A stretch of DNA of 64,000 bases, taken from assembly GCA_965657355.1 (NCBI GenBank), contig CBFHOE010000004.1, positions 111,584 to 175,583 on the forward strand, in the 5' to 3' direction. Every line of letters begins with the position of its first letter. Position 1 is the first letter of the stretch. Positions 40,201-49,250 of the stretch are shown here, one piece after another. The notes beneath the pieces are model-generated. The model saw only the letters and a list, made by a program, of their open reading frames with translations. It was not told the DNA's origin and made no database searches. The position numbers were made by a program, and so were the translations under genes. Source of the stretch: Limisphaerales bacterium (GTDB lineage Bacteria > Verrucomicrobiota > Verrucomicrobiia > Limisphaerales > JAJOIW01).

Positions 40201-41421
40201 TCAGCGTCGTATTCTCCCCATCCACAGGCCTGCAAGAATAGCGAGTAAGCAAGATCCAAAGGCATAGTAAAAAAGGTATTGGTGTTGGCCGAGATCCTCT
40301 ACCGCGGTGTTCCAAAAACGATAACTCCAAGGGCCTAATGTTTCCTGGTAACCCCAATGTTTATGTGTTGCAAAAAACCAATTTTGAGCTGATTCAGAGA
40401 GTAGAAAAGAACCGAAATGATATTGGGTATAAAAAAAAGTTACTGTAAAAAAAAGTGGTGCCAACAATATAATAATCACATTGGATAAAAAGGGGTTGGC
40501 TTTTTCGAGGGAAAATCTAATCAAGTCCAAAGCTAAACCAGGTATTATCAAGAGTAATGGAAATGGCAGTGGAACAAAATGATCAACGGGGTTGTTGATG
40601 GGAGCCAACATGGGCTGCGCCTTGAAGAGAGGAAGTATCCAGACCGATAGACAAATGAGAAACATATAGATACCTCCTATTGCTGTTCCCGCCCATCTCC
40701 ATTTGGTAGCTTTGGCGATTCCCAATAAATAAAAAGGGTAAGTCGCACATGAAACGATAAAAAAGGTTTTTGATCGGTATTGGTTTGGCCAGCTAAGCTC
40801 TATCAGAACAGTGCCTGCCATGGCGAGGAGGATTCCTCCCCCCATAACCATTAGCCAAGGTGATCTTTTTAAACCTATTCCGGTTTCGCTATTCGAATTG
40901 TTCCAATCTTTAGCGAGCAGTAATAAACCCCCAAAAACAACGCAAAACATTCCCAAAGCCAAGACCATGTGCGGTGGACTAAGAATTTTAACGTCGATTC
41001 CGTACGCGTTGTGCCACCAATCATCAAATGGCGCCGATGCTAGCATTGCCATATTTCCAAAAAGGCATACCCAAGCGCCCGTTGGCGCTCTAAGTGGGCC
41101 GATTGGAATGGAAGTTCGATATTCATTTGACGACTTAATAAATGAAGATCTCAAAATGAGGTAACCCGAGACGACACCACCAACAATACCTCCGATATGA
41201 ATAGCTATGTGAGCTGGAGTCCAGAATGTATCTCGCCCGATACTTCTGTGCCAACTGATATCCCATAAAATTCCGATAATAATACTAAGTGATCCCAATA
41301 TGATAGCGTAGCAATACCAGGGTGAACTACTGTCATGCCCGGGCTTTGCGCTTTCGCATTCGGTCCGATTATTCATATTAGTCAGATGAGCGTTTGTTAT
41401 TGAATCGGATTTGCTTTGCAT
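40201..41421 (-). CDS. Polytopic membrane protein with PmoC/AmoC-like metal-site motifs
   Basis: About 9-10 TM helices. WDISWHRSIGRDTFWTPAH and FDDWWHNAYGIDVKILSPPH. Start may be the ATG at 41376. Confidence 0.72.
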   Translation of the reverse strand: MQSKSDSITNAHLTNMNNRTECESAKPGHDSSSPWYCYAIILGSLSIIIGILWDISWHRSIGRDTFWTPAHIAIHIGGIVGGVVSGYLILRSSFIKSSNEYRTSIPIGPLRAPTGAWVCLFGNMAMLASAPFDDWWHNAYGIDVKILSPPHMVLALGMFCVVFGGLLLLAKDWNNSNSETGIGLKRSPWLMVMGGGILLAMAGTVLIELSWPNQYRSKTFFIVSCATYPFYLLGIAKATKWRWAGTAIGGIYMFLICLSVWILPLFKAQPMLAPINNPVDHFVPLPFPLLLIIPGLALDLIRFSLEKANPFLSNVIIILLAPLFFTVTFFYTQYHFGSFLLSESAQNWFFATHKHWGYQETLGPWSYRFWNTAVEDLGQHQYLFYYAFGSCLLAILAGLWMGRIRR

Positions 41422-41479
41422 GAAAACCTATTAATGAGGAATATTATACAGCAGTTCGTTCTACTGCCTTTGATATTCT

Positions 41480-44041
41480 ATGAAAGCCGACATCGCTAGT
41501 CCATCAAGTTCTTTTCATAAACATTCAGCTGAAAGAGTGCCAGAGGTGCTTTCCCCGGCAGGGAATTGGGAATGTGCTAAGGCCGCAATCGAAAATGGTG
41601 CTGATGCCATTTATTTTGGGTTAGATCAATTCAATGCAAGGATGAGGGCTGACAACTTCAGCTTGGCTGAATTACCGCATCTCATGAATTTATTGCATGA
41701 GAGAGGCGTTCGCGGATACGTCACATTCAATACCTTGGTTTTCACCAATGAACTTGAGGAGGTAAAGAATTTTTTGACAAAAATTATTCAAAGCCGGGTA
41801 GATGCCGTCATTGTGCAGGACGTTGGTGTTTGTCGCCTGATAAGAAAGATTTCAAAAAATTTTCCTATTCATATATCAACCCAAATGACGGTAACAAGTG
41901 AGGCTGGAATAAGGTTTGCTAAAGAACTGGAGGCACAACTCGTCGTTATTGCACGTGAAAACTCACTAGATGATATAGAGAAGATACAGGCCAATTTAGA
42001 TAATAAAACAAGTTTACCCATCGAGACATTCGTTCATGGGGCTTTATGTGTGGCCTACTCTGGTCAGTGTTTGACGAGCGAGGCATTGGGAGGGCGGTCT
42101 GCCAATCGAGGTGAATGTGCTCAAGCCTGCAGAATGCAATACAAACTTATCGTGGACGAAAAAGAAATAGATTTGGGTGCAAAGCGATATTTGCTTAGTC
42201 CACAAGACCTTTCGGGATTAGAAGCCATACCGGATTTAGTTAAAGCCGGCGTGCACTCAATAAAGATCGAAGGGAGGCTTAAGTCTCCTGAGTATGTCGC
42301 AAACATCACTCGAGCATACCGACAGGCACTTGACAGAGCCCTTGGAAGAGATGTGGAAGAATCTGATAGCTTCGGGGATTCAAATTACGCCGTGGAAATG
42401 GCTTTTAGTCGTGGGCTTTATTCGGGATGGCTTAAAGGTATCGATAATCAAAAATTGGTTCACGCGCAATATGCAAAAAAAAGAGGGGTTTTTCTTGGAA
42501 ACATAAAATTTGTCAAAGGCCAAACCATCTGGGTGCAACTCCATTCCGGCTTGTCCGTAAAGCCTGGTGATGGTTTAGTTTTTGAAAGTAATCAAATCGA
42601 GCAGGAGACAGAGCAGGGCGGGGCAGTCTATCGGGTCATCGAGAAAAACAACCTGATTGGATTGACGTTCGCCAAAAAGGAAAGCGGTGTTTCTGTGATT
42701 GATTTTAACTACTTAAAGACAGGAGGTAAATTTTGGAAAACACTCGACCCGGCGTTAGAAAAAAAAGTAAGGGCAACGTTTGCTGGTGAAAAAATCCGAT
42801 ACAGGCGCCCTGTCGATTTTATTGTTTGTGGAGAGCCCGGACAAAAGCTTGGACTCAAAGCATTTGATCCGTTTTCGGGTCAGTTGGTTGAGGTTTTTAG
42901 CTCCATGGAACTCATCACTGCAAATGATAAGCCTCTTAATAAAGAATTACTTGAGCGTCAGCTTGGGCGACTTGGTCAAACTCCGTTTAAACTTAGGCGC
43001 TTAGACTGCCAACTTACCGGAGAATGTATGCTTCCAGTCAGCGAGCTTAATCATCTTAGGCGAAGTATAGTTTCATTACTCGTAGAAAAAAGGCAAGGGG
43101 TGAATCAGTGGGATTGGGATGAATCAATAACCATTCCAGAAAGAAACGCATCAAATAAAGATTTACTACGGAAAAAGAAAGTTGAGTGGTCTGTTTTGAT
43201 TAGAGCCGAATCCCAATTAGAGCCAGCCGTTACTAATGGGATACGCCGTATTTATTGCGACTTTGAAGACCCAAAGAAATATCGCGATGTCGTTAATCGT
43301 TTTCGAGAGATTTGTCCCGATGGTAAAATTTTCGTCTCGGCACCCCGAATCCACAAACCGGGTGAGGAATGGATATTAAAAATTGTGAAGTCATCGCAGC
43401 CTGATGGCTTTTTATTAAGAAATTACGACCATTTGGAATATTTCTCGGAATCAGAGCGGGTAGGGGATTTTTCATTAAATATATCGAACCCATTAAGCGC
43501 TTCATTTTTCATTGAAAAGCACCAATTGTCCCGCATCACGGTTTCTTATGATCTCAATTTTGATCAAGTAATGGACCTCGCTCAGACAATTGATACTAGT
43601 CATTTGGAAATTACCATACATCAAAGGATGCCGATGTTTCACATGGAGCATTGTGTTTTTTGTGCTTTCCTCTCCAGTGGAAAAGATTATCGGGATTGCG
43701 GCAGGCCATGCGAAAAACACCAAGTGGCCATGATTGATAGGGTGGGTGAAAAACATTATCTCAAAGCTGATGCCGGGTGTAGAAATACTCTTTACAACAG
43801 CCGTTTGCAGACAGGGGCAGAGAATTTTGATGAACTTATAAAATCGGGTATTTCAAATTATCGCATTGAGTTCCTTAATGAATCACCTGAACAAGTTAAT
43901 AAAATTTTGAGCGCTTATTTTCAGCTTGAAAACAGTGAGATAACAGGTGAGGAGCTTTGGCGTGTCCTCAAAATCCAATCGCGCCTTGGTGTGACTAGGG
44001 GCCAGTTCAATCATCCCGATTCAAACCCTTGGCAGAAATAA
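41480..44041 (+). CDS. rlhA: U32 family protein with DUF3656-like region, RlhA-like (23S rRNA hydroxylation)
   Basis: LSPAG, GADAIY, HISTQ, HGALCVAYSGQC..RGECAQACR (Fe-S cysteines) and KIEGR. Long form with a second U32-like C-terminal domain. Confidence 0.75.
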   Translation: MKADIASPSSSFHKHSAERVPEVLSPAGNWECAKAAIENGADAIYFGLDQFNARMRADNFSLAELPHLMNLLHERGVRGYVTFNTLVFTNELEEVKNFLTKIIQSRVDAVIVQDVGVCRLIRKISKNFPIHISTQMTVTSEAGIRFAKELEAQLVVIARENSLDDIEKIQANLDNKTSLPIETFVHGALCVAYSGQCLTSEALGGRSANRGECAQACRMQYKLIVDEKEIDLGAKRYLLSPQDLSGLEAIPDLVKAGVHSIKIEGRLKSPEYVANITRAYRQALDRALGRDVEESDSFGDSNYAVEMAFSRGLYSGWLKGIDNQKLVHAQYAKKRGVFLGNIKFVKGQTIWVQLHSGLSVKPGDGLVFESNQIEQETEQGGAVYRVIEKNNLIGLTFAKKESGVSVIDFNYLKTGGKFWKTLDPALEKKVRATFAGEKIRYRRPVDFIVCGEPGQKLGLKAFDPFSGQLVEVFSSMELITANDKPLNKELLERQLGRLGQTPFKLRRLDCQLTGECMLPVSELNHLRRSIVSLLVEKRQGVNQWDWDESITIPERNASNKDLLRKKKVEWSVLIRAESQLEPAVTNGIRRIYCDFEDPKKYRDVVNRFREICPDGKIFVSAPRIHKPGEEWILKIVKSSQPDGFLLRNYDHLEYFSESERVGDFSLNISNPLSASFFIEKHQLSRITVSYDLNFDQVMDLAQTIDTSHLEITIHQRMPMFHMEHCVFCAFLSSGKDYRDCGRPCEKHQVAMIDRVGEKHYLKADAGCRNTLYNSRLQTGAENFDELIKSGISNYRIEFLNESPEQVNKILSAYFQLENSEITGEELWRVLKIQSRLGVTRGQFNHPDSNPWQK

Positions 44042-44132
44042 TGAATCCTCACGAATATCACTCCGAAAAATGAGATATCTCGTGAATGAATTGGCCATTG
44101 AACCTAACTGTGTTATCTCATATTCTTTTCCC

Positions 44133-45230
44133 ATGAGATCATTGCTTGGATCCCTAGTAAGCTGCGTCCTGACATTAATTTTTTGCAGTGCCTTATCAAC
44201 CATGGGACAAACGCCAAAGTCCGCCTTCAATAAAGATCCCTGGCCTGAAAATAAGGAGGGGCCAATCAAGGTTTTTATCCTAGCTGGCCAATCGAATATG
44301 CAAGGTCACGCATCCCTCAGGACTTTGGAATACCTCATCTATAATAAAGAAACAGCTCCAGACTACCAGCAGTGGAAAACGATGACCGGAGATTGGGCGA
44401 AACGCAGCGACGTATGGGTTTGGACGACTGATGGCAAAAGAGGGGGGAAACTCAAGCCAGGGTTTGGTGCTAATGAATTTAAATTAGGCCCTGAGTTAGG
44501 GGCTGGCTGGGTTCTCGGTGAACATTTCGATGAGCAAGTTGCAATCATCAAGACCTGTTGGGGGGGGAGAAGTGTTAAAAAGGATTTTCTGCCACCAAGC
44601 GAACCAATGCCATCTGAAGAACTTTTAACTAAAGACCTGGAACGCATGCAAAAGAGGAATCCGTCCGCGACTCTTCAAGATGTCAAAGCTCCATATGGTC
44701 AGGCTTATCGTGATATGATATCTCACGTAAAAGCGATGATGGAGGCCCCTCAAGATTATTATCCCGATTACAACCCCGAAAAACCCAGGAAATTTGAAAT
44801 TGTGGGTTTGATTTGGTTTCAAGGGTGGAATGATATGGTGGACGGTCAACAACGCTCGGAAGGTTATGTCAATTATACAAAACGACTTGGTTCACTCATC
44901 GAGGACGTGAGAAAAGATTTAAACGTCCCAGATCTGAAAGTTGTTATTGGCGAGTTAGGTGCCTCGAGCAGTATTGAGTTTCACAAAGCCCAGAAAAACG
45001 TCGCCTCACTTCCAAATCATAAAGGATCAACAATTTTTGTTGAAACTCGCAAATACTGGGATCCAAAACTCGAAGAGATGGTAAAAAACAATGTTTGGCA
45101 AAAAGAGAATTGGGTCGACTTTTATAACCATGGATCAGACCGCGGGTATCATTATCTCGGTAGTGCCAAAATGCATTCTCAGATGGGCAAAGATTTTGGC
45201 TTTTCCATGATCGATTTGTTAAGTGATTAA
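44133..45230 (+). CDS. Secreted sialate O-acetylesterase-like SGNH esterase (SASA domain)
   Basis: Signal peptide, VFILAGQSNMQG, GPELG, IIKTCWGG, WFQGWND and DRGYH. ATG at 44133 preferred. Confidence 0.85.
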   Translation: MRSLLGSLVSCVLTLIFCSALSTMGQTPKSAFNKDPWPENKEGPIKVFILAGQSNMQGHASLRTLEYLIYNKETAPDYQQWKTMTGDWAKRSDVWVWTTDGKRGGKLKPGFGANEFKLGPELGAGWVLGEHFDEQVAIIKTCWGGRSVKKDFLPPSEPMPSEELLTKDLERMQKRNPSATLQDVKAPYGQAYRDMISHVKAMMEAPQDYYPDYNPEKPRKFEIVGLIWFQGWNDMVDGQQRSEGYVNYTKRLGSLIEDVRKDLNVPDLKVVIGELGASSSIEFHKAQKNVASLPNHKGSTIFVETRKYWDPKLEEMVKNNVWQKENWVDFYNHGSDRGYHYLGSAKMHSQMGKDFGFSMIDLLSD

Positions 45231-45318
45231 GTTTTTGGCGATTAATCAACTCGATCTACCTCTCCGGGAAAGGAGTATAACAGTGTTTTATATTATCACC
45301 TTGTGCTCTGGGAAATGT

Positions 45319-45352
45319 CATCGAATCATTAACCCGATTTAATGATTCGATG
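45319..45352. repeat. Perfect 14-bp inverted repeat with 6-nt loop between convergent genes
   Basis: CATCGAATCATTAA-cccgat-TTAATGATTCGATG. Confidence 0.85.
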
Positions 45353-45556
45353 CCGAAATTAAGGCATTAGTAATGTGATGGATTGGTTTGTTTTTGCTGG
45401 GCAAGACGATAAATTCGTTTGAATCGGCGTATACAAAGGGGGACATTGAATGCTCCTTGAGTTCAAAATTTCTATCATGTGATCAAGCCACCTCTTTTGA
45501 TATTTATCGAAATTAGATTTGAGTGTCCTTAAGTCTTTCTAAAAAGAAATAAAAAA

Positions 45557-47851
45557 TTATTTGAATCTAAAAAATTTAGGTTTCCACCAACTCGGTAAAA
45601 GTCCCTGAATGGTAGATAAATTATATCTCGTATCGATAAGCAATGCTGAACCTGAGTCTGATTCAGATCTCAAAATGCGTCCAACGGCTTGTATCACTTT
45701 GATAATGCCGGGGTAGACATACGTATAATTAAAAGCCTCGGCGTTTCCGAGTTCTTCTTCGAGGTGTTCCTGAATTAAATTTCTTTCAAGGCAAACTTGT
45801 GGTGTCCCTATTCCTACGACTGCAACGGCTTTTACGGCATTATTGGGTATGTCGATTCCTTCTGCGAAAACACCACCCAAAACGGCAATACCTACTCTTC
45901 TTTCACTTTTTAAATTATTCGATAGGTATTCTATAAATTCAGTCTGGTCTTTTTGGGTTGAGTTTCGTTTCTGCTTTTTAAAATGGAAGTTTTCGCCCAT
46001 TGCTTCGATCAACATGTCTGATACTAAGTCCATATATTGATATGAGGGGAAAAAAAGTAATTGGCTTCCTTTATTTTTAGAAATAAACCTCGTCAATAGC
46101 TGAGAAAGTTTTGGTGCTGTATTTCGTCTGGCTCTCCATGTTGTTTGTATTCCATCTTCTATCCAGACCTTGAGATTTTCCTCTGGAAAGGGCGACGGGT
46201 AAGTAAGTTCTTTTGTCCCATTTCCTATCGGTAGCCATCTTTTAAAATACTCAAATGGACTCAATGTCGCTGACATTAATATAATACAATGACATTTTTT
46301 AAAGGACTGCCCTAGGTAGTTTTTTGGATCGAGACAAAAGATATTGATGGAATCAGACTTTATGATTAGCCGGTCTGATTCTTTCATACTTTTATAATTC
46401 AGGAGAAAATCACTGATGCTAAAATATAGAATCTGGATTTCTTCGCGGTGCTTATTTTTTTGCAATTGCAATAATAATCTTTCACAACAGGTCTTGCAAT
46501 TTTCCAGCGAAGTCACAAATTGACTGTCTAATTTGTCTGCTGTTATTTCTCCCCCAGGATCACACGATGGTGCCAAATTTAAAGCATCAGTGATTAACTC
46601 TTTAAGTTTGTTTGATGATCCGCCCAACCGAAGACATAAATTTTTAAGATCGAATAAATTTAAACTGCTGCCGAACATCGAACGAGCTCTTTCTGGAAGA
46701 TTGTGAGCCTCATCGACGATAAGGATAACCTTTCTTTTGTTTTCCTCCATTAAGTAGTGTTTTAGCCCGGCTTTTGGATCAAAAATATGATTGTAGTCGG
46801 CGATGATAATATTTGCCCAATCGGACATTTCATAGGAAAGTGCCGAAGGGCACAGCAAATTCTCTTTTCCGAACTCAAGGACAGTTTTTTTGTCATACTG
46901 TTTGTAATCTTTATTTAAGTCCAGGATCCCGTCTTTATTCCTATCGAAATATCCGATCGCGTATGGACATACTTGAGTGTCACACTGTTCCTCTTCAGTT
47001 ATGCACCATTCTGATGCCGCTCCCAGGGTCAGTGACTTTATTGCAGCCCCCGATTTTTGTATGTCCCTGATGGCTTTTTCAGCATTCGTTTTATTTGTGT
47101 TCCTTGCAGTAAGAAAAATAGGTAAGAAACTTCGATCTTTTGCTGCAAATTTTAATGTTGGAAACAAGGTCGCCATCGTTTTGCCTAGCCCCGTAGGAGC
47201 TTCGAGCATCACATCGTGCCCTTCATCAATCGCTTCGATAATATTTGAAACAATGGCATCCTGGCCGGTTCTCATTTCCGAGTAGGGAAAACCACAACGA
47301 GATATGGATGGGGAATATTTTTGAAACCAATTATGTTTTTGATCGAGAGCTCTTCTATATTTTTGTCGCGCTATTTCAAAAAGCTCCTCCAAATGAGCTT
47401 TAGAAAACCCCTCTCGAAAAACGGATATAGTATCGGTATCAATGTCCAAGTACGTTAGTTGGACCTCAATTTCATTGATTTTTTCTTTTTTGGCAATAAT
47501 AGCCCCATACATCTTGGCCTGTGCCCAGTGAAGAGGCTTTGCTTGGCCATCCCAGGTTGGTGTGACAGTTTTTATTTCTTCAATCAGTGTGGAGTTTCCA
47601 GTCATCCACAAGCCATCAGCCCTTCCTCTAACAGTCCATTCAAACCCAAAATCAGGTTCAGAAAATGTATGTTTTACAGGATACTCTGAAATATAGTTGG
47701 AAGGGCGAGAATCTTGTATGCGCTTATGCCCTTCTATCCCCATCATGGCTCGCCTGGGGTTGAAGAAGCTTTTGCTGGCTCCCAGATCACCAGTGCGAAA
47801 ACACCACTCCACCAGTTCTTTGACAGAAATGAAGTAATGATCCAATGGCAT
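45557..47851 (-). CDS. DinG/XPD-family Fe-S DNA helicase with N-terminal PD-(D/E)XK nuclease-like domain
   Basis: GRADGL..IEEIKT..QAKMYG, Walker A APTGLGKT, four Cys of an Fe-S region, DEAHNL, MSATL, EGID and QAVGRILRS. Confidence 0.88.
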   Translation of the reverse strand: MPLDHYFISVKELVEWCFRTGDLGASKSFFNPRRAMMGIEGHKRIQDSRPSNYISEYPVKHTFSEPDFGFEWTVRGRADGLWMTGNSTLIEEIKTVTPTWDGQAKPLHWAQAKMYGAIIAKKEKINEIEVQLTYLDIDTDTISVFREGFSKAHLEELFEIARQKYRRALDQKHNWFQKYSPSISRCGFPYSEMRTGQDAIVSNIIEAIDEGHDVMLEAPTGLGKTMATLFPTLKFAAKDRSFLPIFLTARNTNKTNAEKAIRDIQKSGAAIKSLTLGAASEWCITEEEQCDTQVCPYAIGYFDRNKDGILDLNKDYKQYDKKTVLEFGKENLLCPSALSYEMSDWANIIIADYNHIFDPKAGLKHYLMEENKRKVILIVDEAHNLPERARSMFGSSLNLFDLKNLCLRLGGSSNKLKELITDALNLAPSCDPGGEITADKLDSQFVTSLENCKTCCERLLLQLQKNKHREEIQILYFSISDFLLNYKSMKESDRLIIKSDSINIFCLDPKNYLGQSFKKCHCIILMSATLSPFEYFKRWLPIGNGTKELTYPSPFPEENLKVWIEDGIQTTWRARRNTAPKLSQLLTRFISKNKGSQLLFFPSYQYMDLVSDMLIEAMGENFHFKKQKRNSTQKDQTEFIEYLSNNLKSERRVGIAVLGGVFAEGIDIPNNAVKAVAVVGIGTPQVCLERNLIQEHLEEELGNAEAFNYTYVYPGIIKVIQAVGRILRSESDSGSALLIDTRYNLSTIQGLLPSWWKPKFFRFK

Positions 47852-47866
47852 ATTTCTTGTCTATTT

Positions 47867-47904
47867 AAAAAATAACCTGTCTCGGCAGATGGCCGAAACA
47901 GGTT
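47867..47904 (-). terminator. Rho-independent terminator downstream of the DUF1080 gene
   Basis: Minus strand AACCTGTTTCGGC-catct-GCCGAGACAGGTT (13-bp stem with one G-U pair), followed by ATTTTTT. Confidence 0.75.
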
Positions 47905-47991
47905 GGTAAATTTATTGTATACCTTTTACTCTCAACTATTCTCTTCGAATAAAAGTGGAAATTTAGCAGTTGTTATTTGTTTCTTAACTAT

Positions 47992-48708
47992 TTAGTGGAG
48001 CGGGGAAATCATTATATTCCTGTAGGCAACCGGTCCATGGTCGCCCTGGAACATGATGGGTCCGACTGCGGCTTCTTTGCCAGTAACCCCACTTGGTGTT
48101 GGCCCCTTCATTTCTACATTTTTATGCAAAATTTTTCCGTTCAGCTGAACTTTTAGAAATTTCGCATTGGCGACTTTCTGCCCTTTGTCATTAAAACGCG
48201 GTGCTACGAATTCTATGACGTATTTTTGCCAGGTTCCGGGAGGAGTGCAGGCATTGATTTTCGGTGGGGCGGCCCCGTAAATGGCCCCCATATCACCATT
48301 TCCAAGTTTATCTTTGCCGTAGCTGTCGAGGACTTGGACTTCATATTCTCCCATGACATAAATGCCGGAGTTGGACCCTTTTGCTACCATGACTTCAAGT
48401 TCGATTTTGCATGAGCCAAACTTTTCAAGAGAATAAACATCAACCCCTTGCCCGTGGCCTGATACGTCATTGATCAGTGCCCCTTCACCCAATCCCACGT
48501 GGAGCCTCGTTGGTTCTGCTTTTGATACGACTGGAATTCCAACGTCCCATTTGCTTTTTGATTTTGGATTTTTGGTCGTCCAGCCCTTCAGGCTTTTTCC
48601 GTTGAAAGGTTTCTGTGCTTTTCCTGATTTATGATGATCGGCTGATACAGATGTCACAACCATGGCTGCCAATGCACAAGCAGCAATCCTTTTAATTAAG
48701 TTTTTCAT
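47992..48708 (-). CDS. Secreted DUF1080 (3-keto-disaccharide hydrolase-like) protein
   Basis: Signal peptide, FNGKSLKGW, NSGIY..YEVQVLDS, GAIY, PGTWQ and FQGDHGPVAYRNI. Confidence 0.9.
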   Translation of the reverse strand: MKNLIKRIAACALAAMVVTSVSADHHKSGKAQKPFNGKSLKGWTTKNPKSKSKWDVGIPVVSKAEPTRLHVGLGEGALINDVSGHGQGVDVYSLEKFGSCKIELEVMVAKGSNSGIYVMGEYEVQVLDSYGKDKLGNGDMGAIYGAAPPKINACTPPGTWQKYVIEFVAPRFNDKGQKVANAKFLKVQLNGKILHKNVEMKGPTPSGVTGKEAAVGPIMFQGDHGPVAYRNIMISPLH

Positions 48709-48818
48709 AGTGATTCGATATATTTGACGTAGTTTATTTCAGTTTTTATTCATAGTGAAGTCTGATTTATGATTTGGATAACGGATCTATTACGTTATCG
48801 TGGCCTCGATTTTTGAAT

Positions 48819-49250
48819 ATGAATAAAAATCAGAAAATGAAAGAAATTGTGGCCTCTTTGCCCTCAGGCCATTACGAAAAGGAGTATCTAGGCTTTTTTG
48901 CCTGTTTCAACAGGGGAGATTTTTACGAGGCACATGACGTCTTAGAGCACCTCTGGCTTAAAAGAAGAAAGACGAAAGATGATCTCTTCTTCAAAGCTCT
49001 TATTCAACTCGCTGGCGCCTTTGTCCATCTACAAAAAGGAAAAATCAGCCCCGGTCGACGCTTATTTATTAAATCAAAGGCATACTTTGATAAATTCGAA
49101 CCTTCTTACAGGGGACTTTCAATTTCCAGTCTTAAAACAATGATCGATTCTTGGGTGCTAAAAATTTCAAAATCTGATTCAGATTTCTCATTAGACGCTT
49201 TTGACTGTCCATCGCTGAATCCGGCCCCTCCTCAGGACAAATCAGTTTAA
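48819..49250 (+). CDS. DUF309 family protein
   Basis: FNRGDFYEAHDVLEHLW..KALIQLA.A..H. ATG at 48819 preferred. Confidence 0.88.
   Translation: MNKNQKMKEIVASLPSGHYEKEYLGFFACFNRGDFYEAHDVLEHLWLKRRKTKDDLFFKALIQLAGAFVHLQKGKISPGRRLFIKSKAYFDKFEPSYRGLSISSLKTMIDSWVLKISKSDSDFSLDAFDCPSLNPAPPQDKSV

Noticed and set aside
40178..40357. 60-aa N-terminal extension of the 584-aa ORF
   Set aside because: It overlaps the upstream gene. The ATG at 40177 gives a clean signal peptide.
38603..41421. Calling the locus bona fide pmoCAB/amoCAB (methanotrophy or nitrification)
   Set aside because: Similarity is limited to motifs and topology. There is no separate pmoA gene, no DWDFW motif, no HGE start in the B-like protein, and no downstream C1 or hydroxylamine genes in the window.
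41451..41467. GCAGT-N7-ACTGC dyad in the divergent promoter of the PmoC-like gene
   Set aside because: 5-bp arms are expected by chance, and it matches no copper-regulator consensus I can support.
45557..47851. Type IV CRISPR (CasDinG/Cas4) interpretation
   Set aside because: No repeat-spacer array or other cas genes are present in the window.
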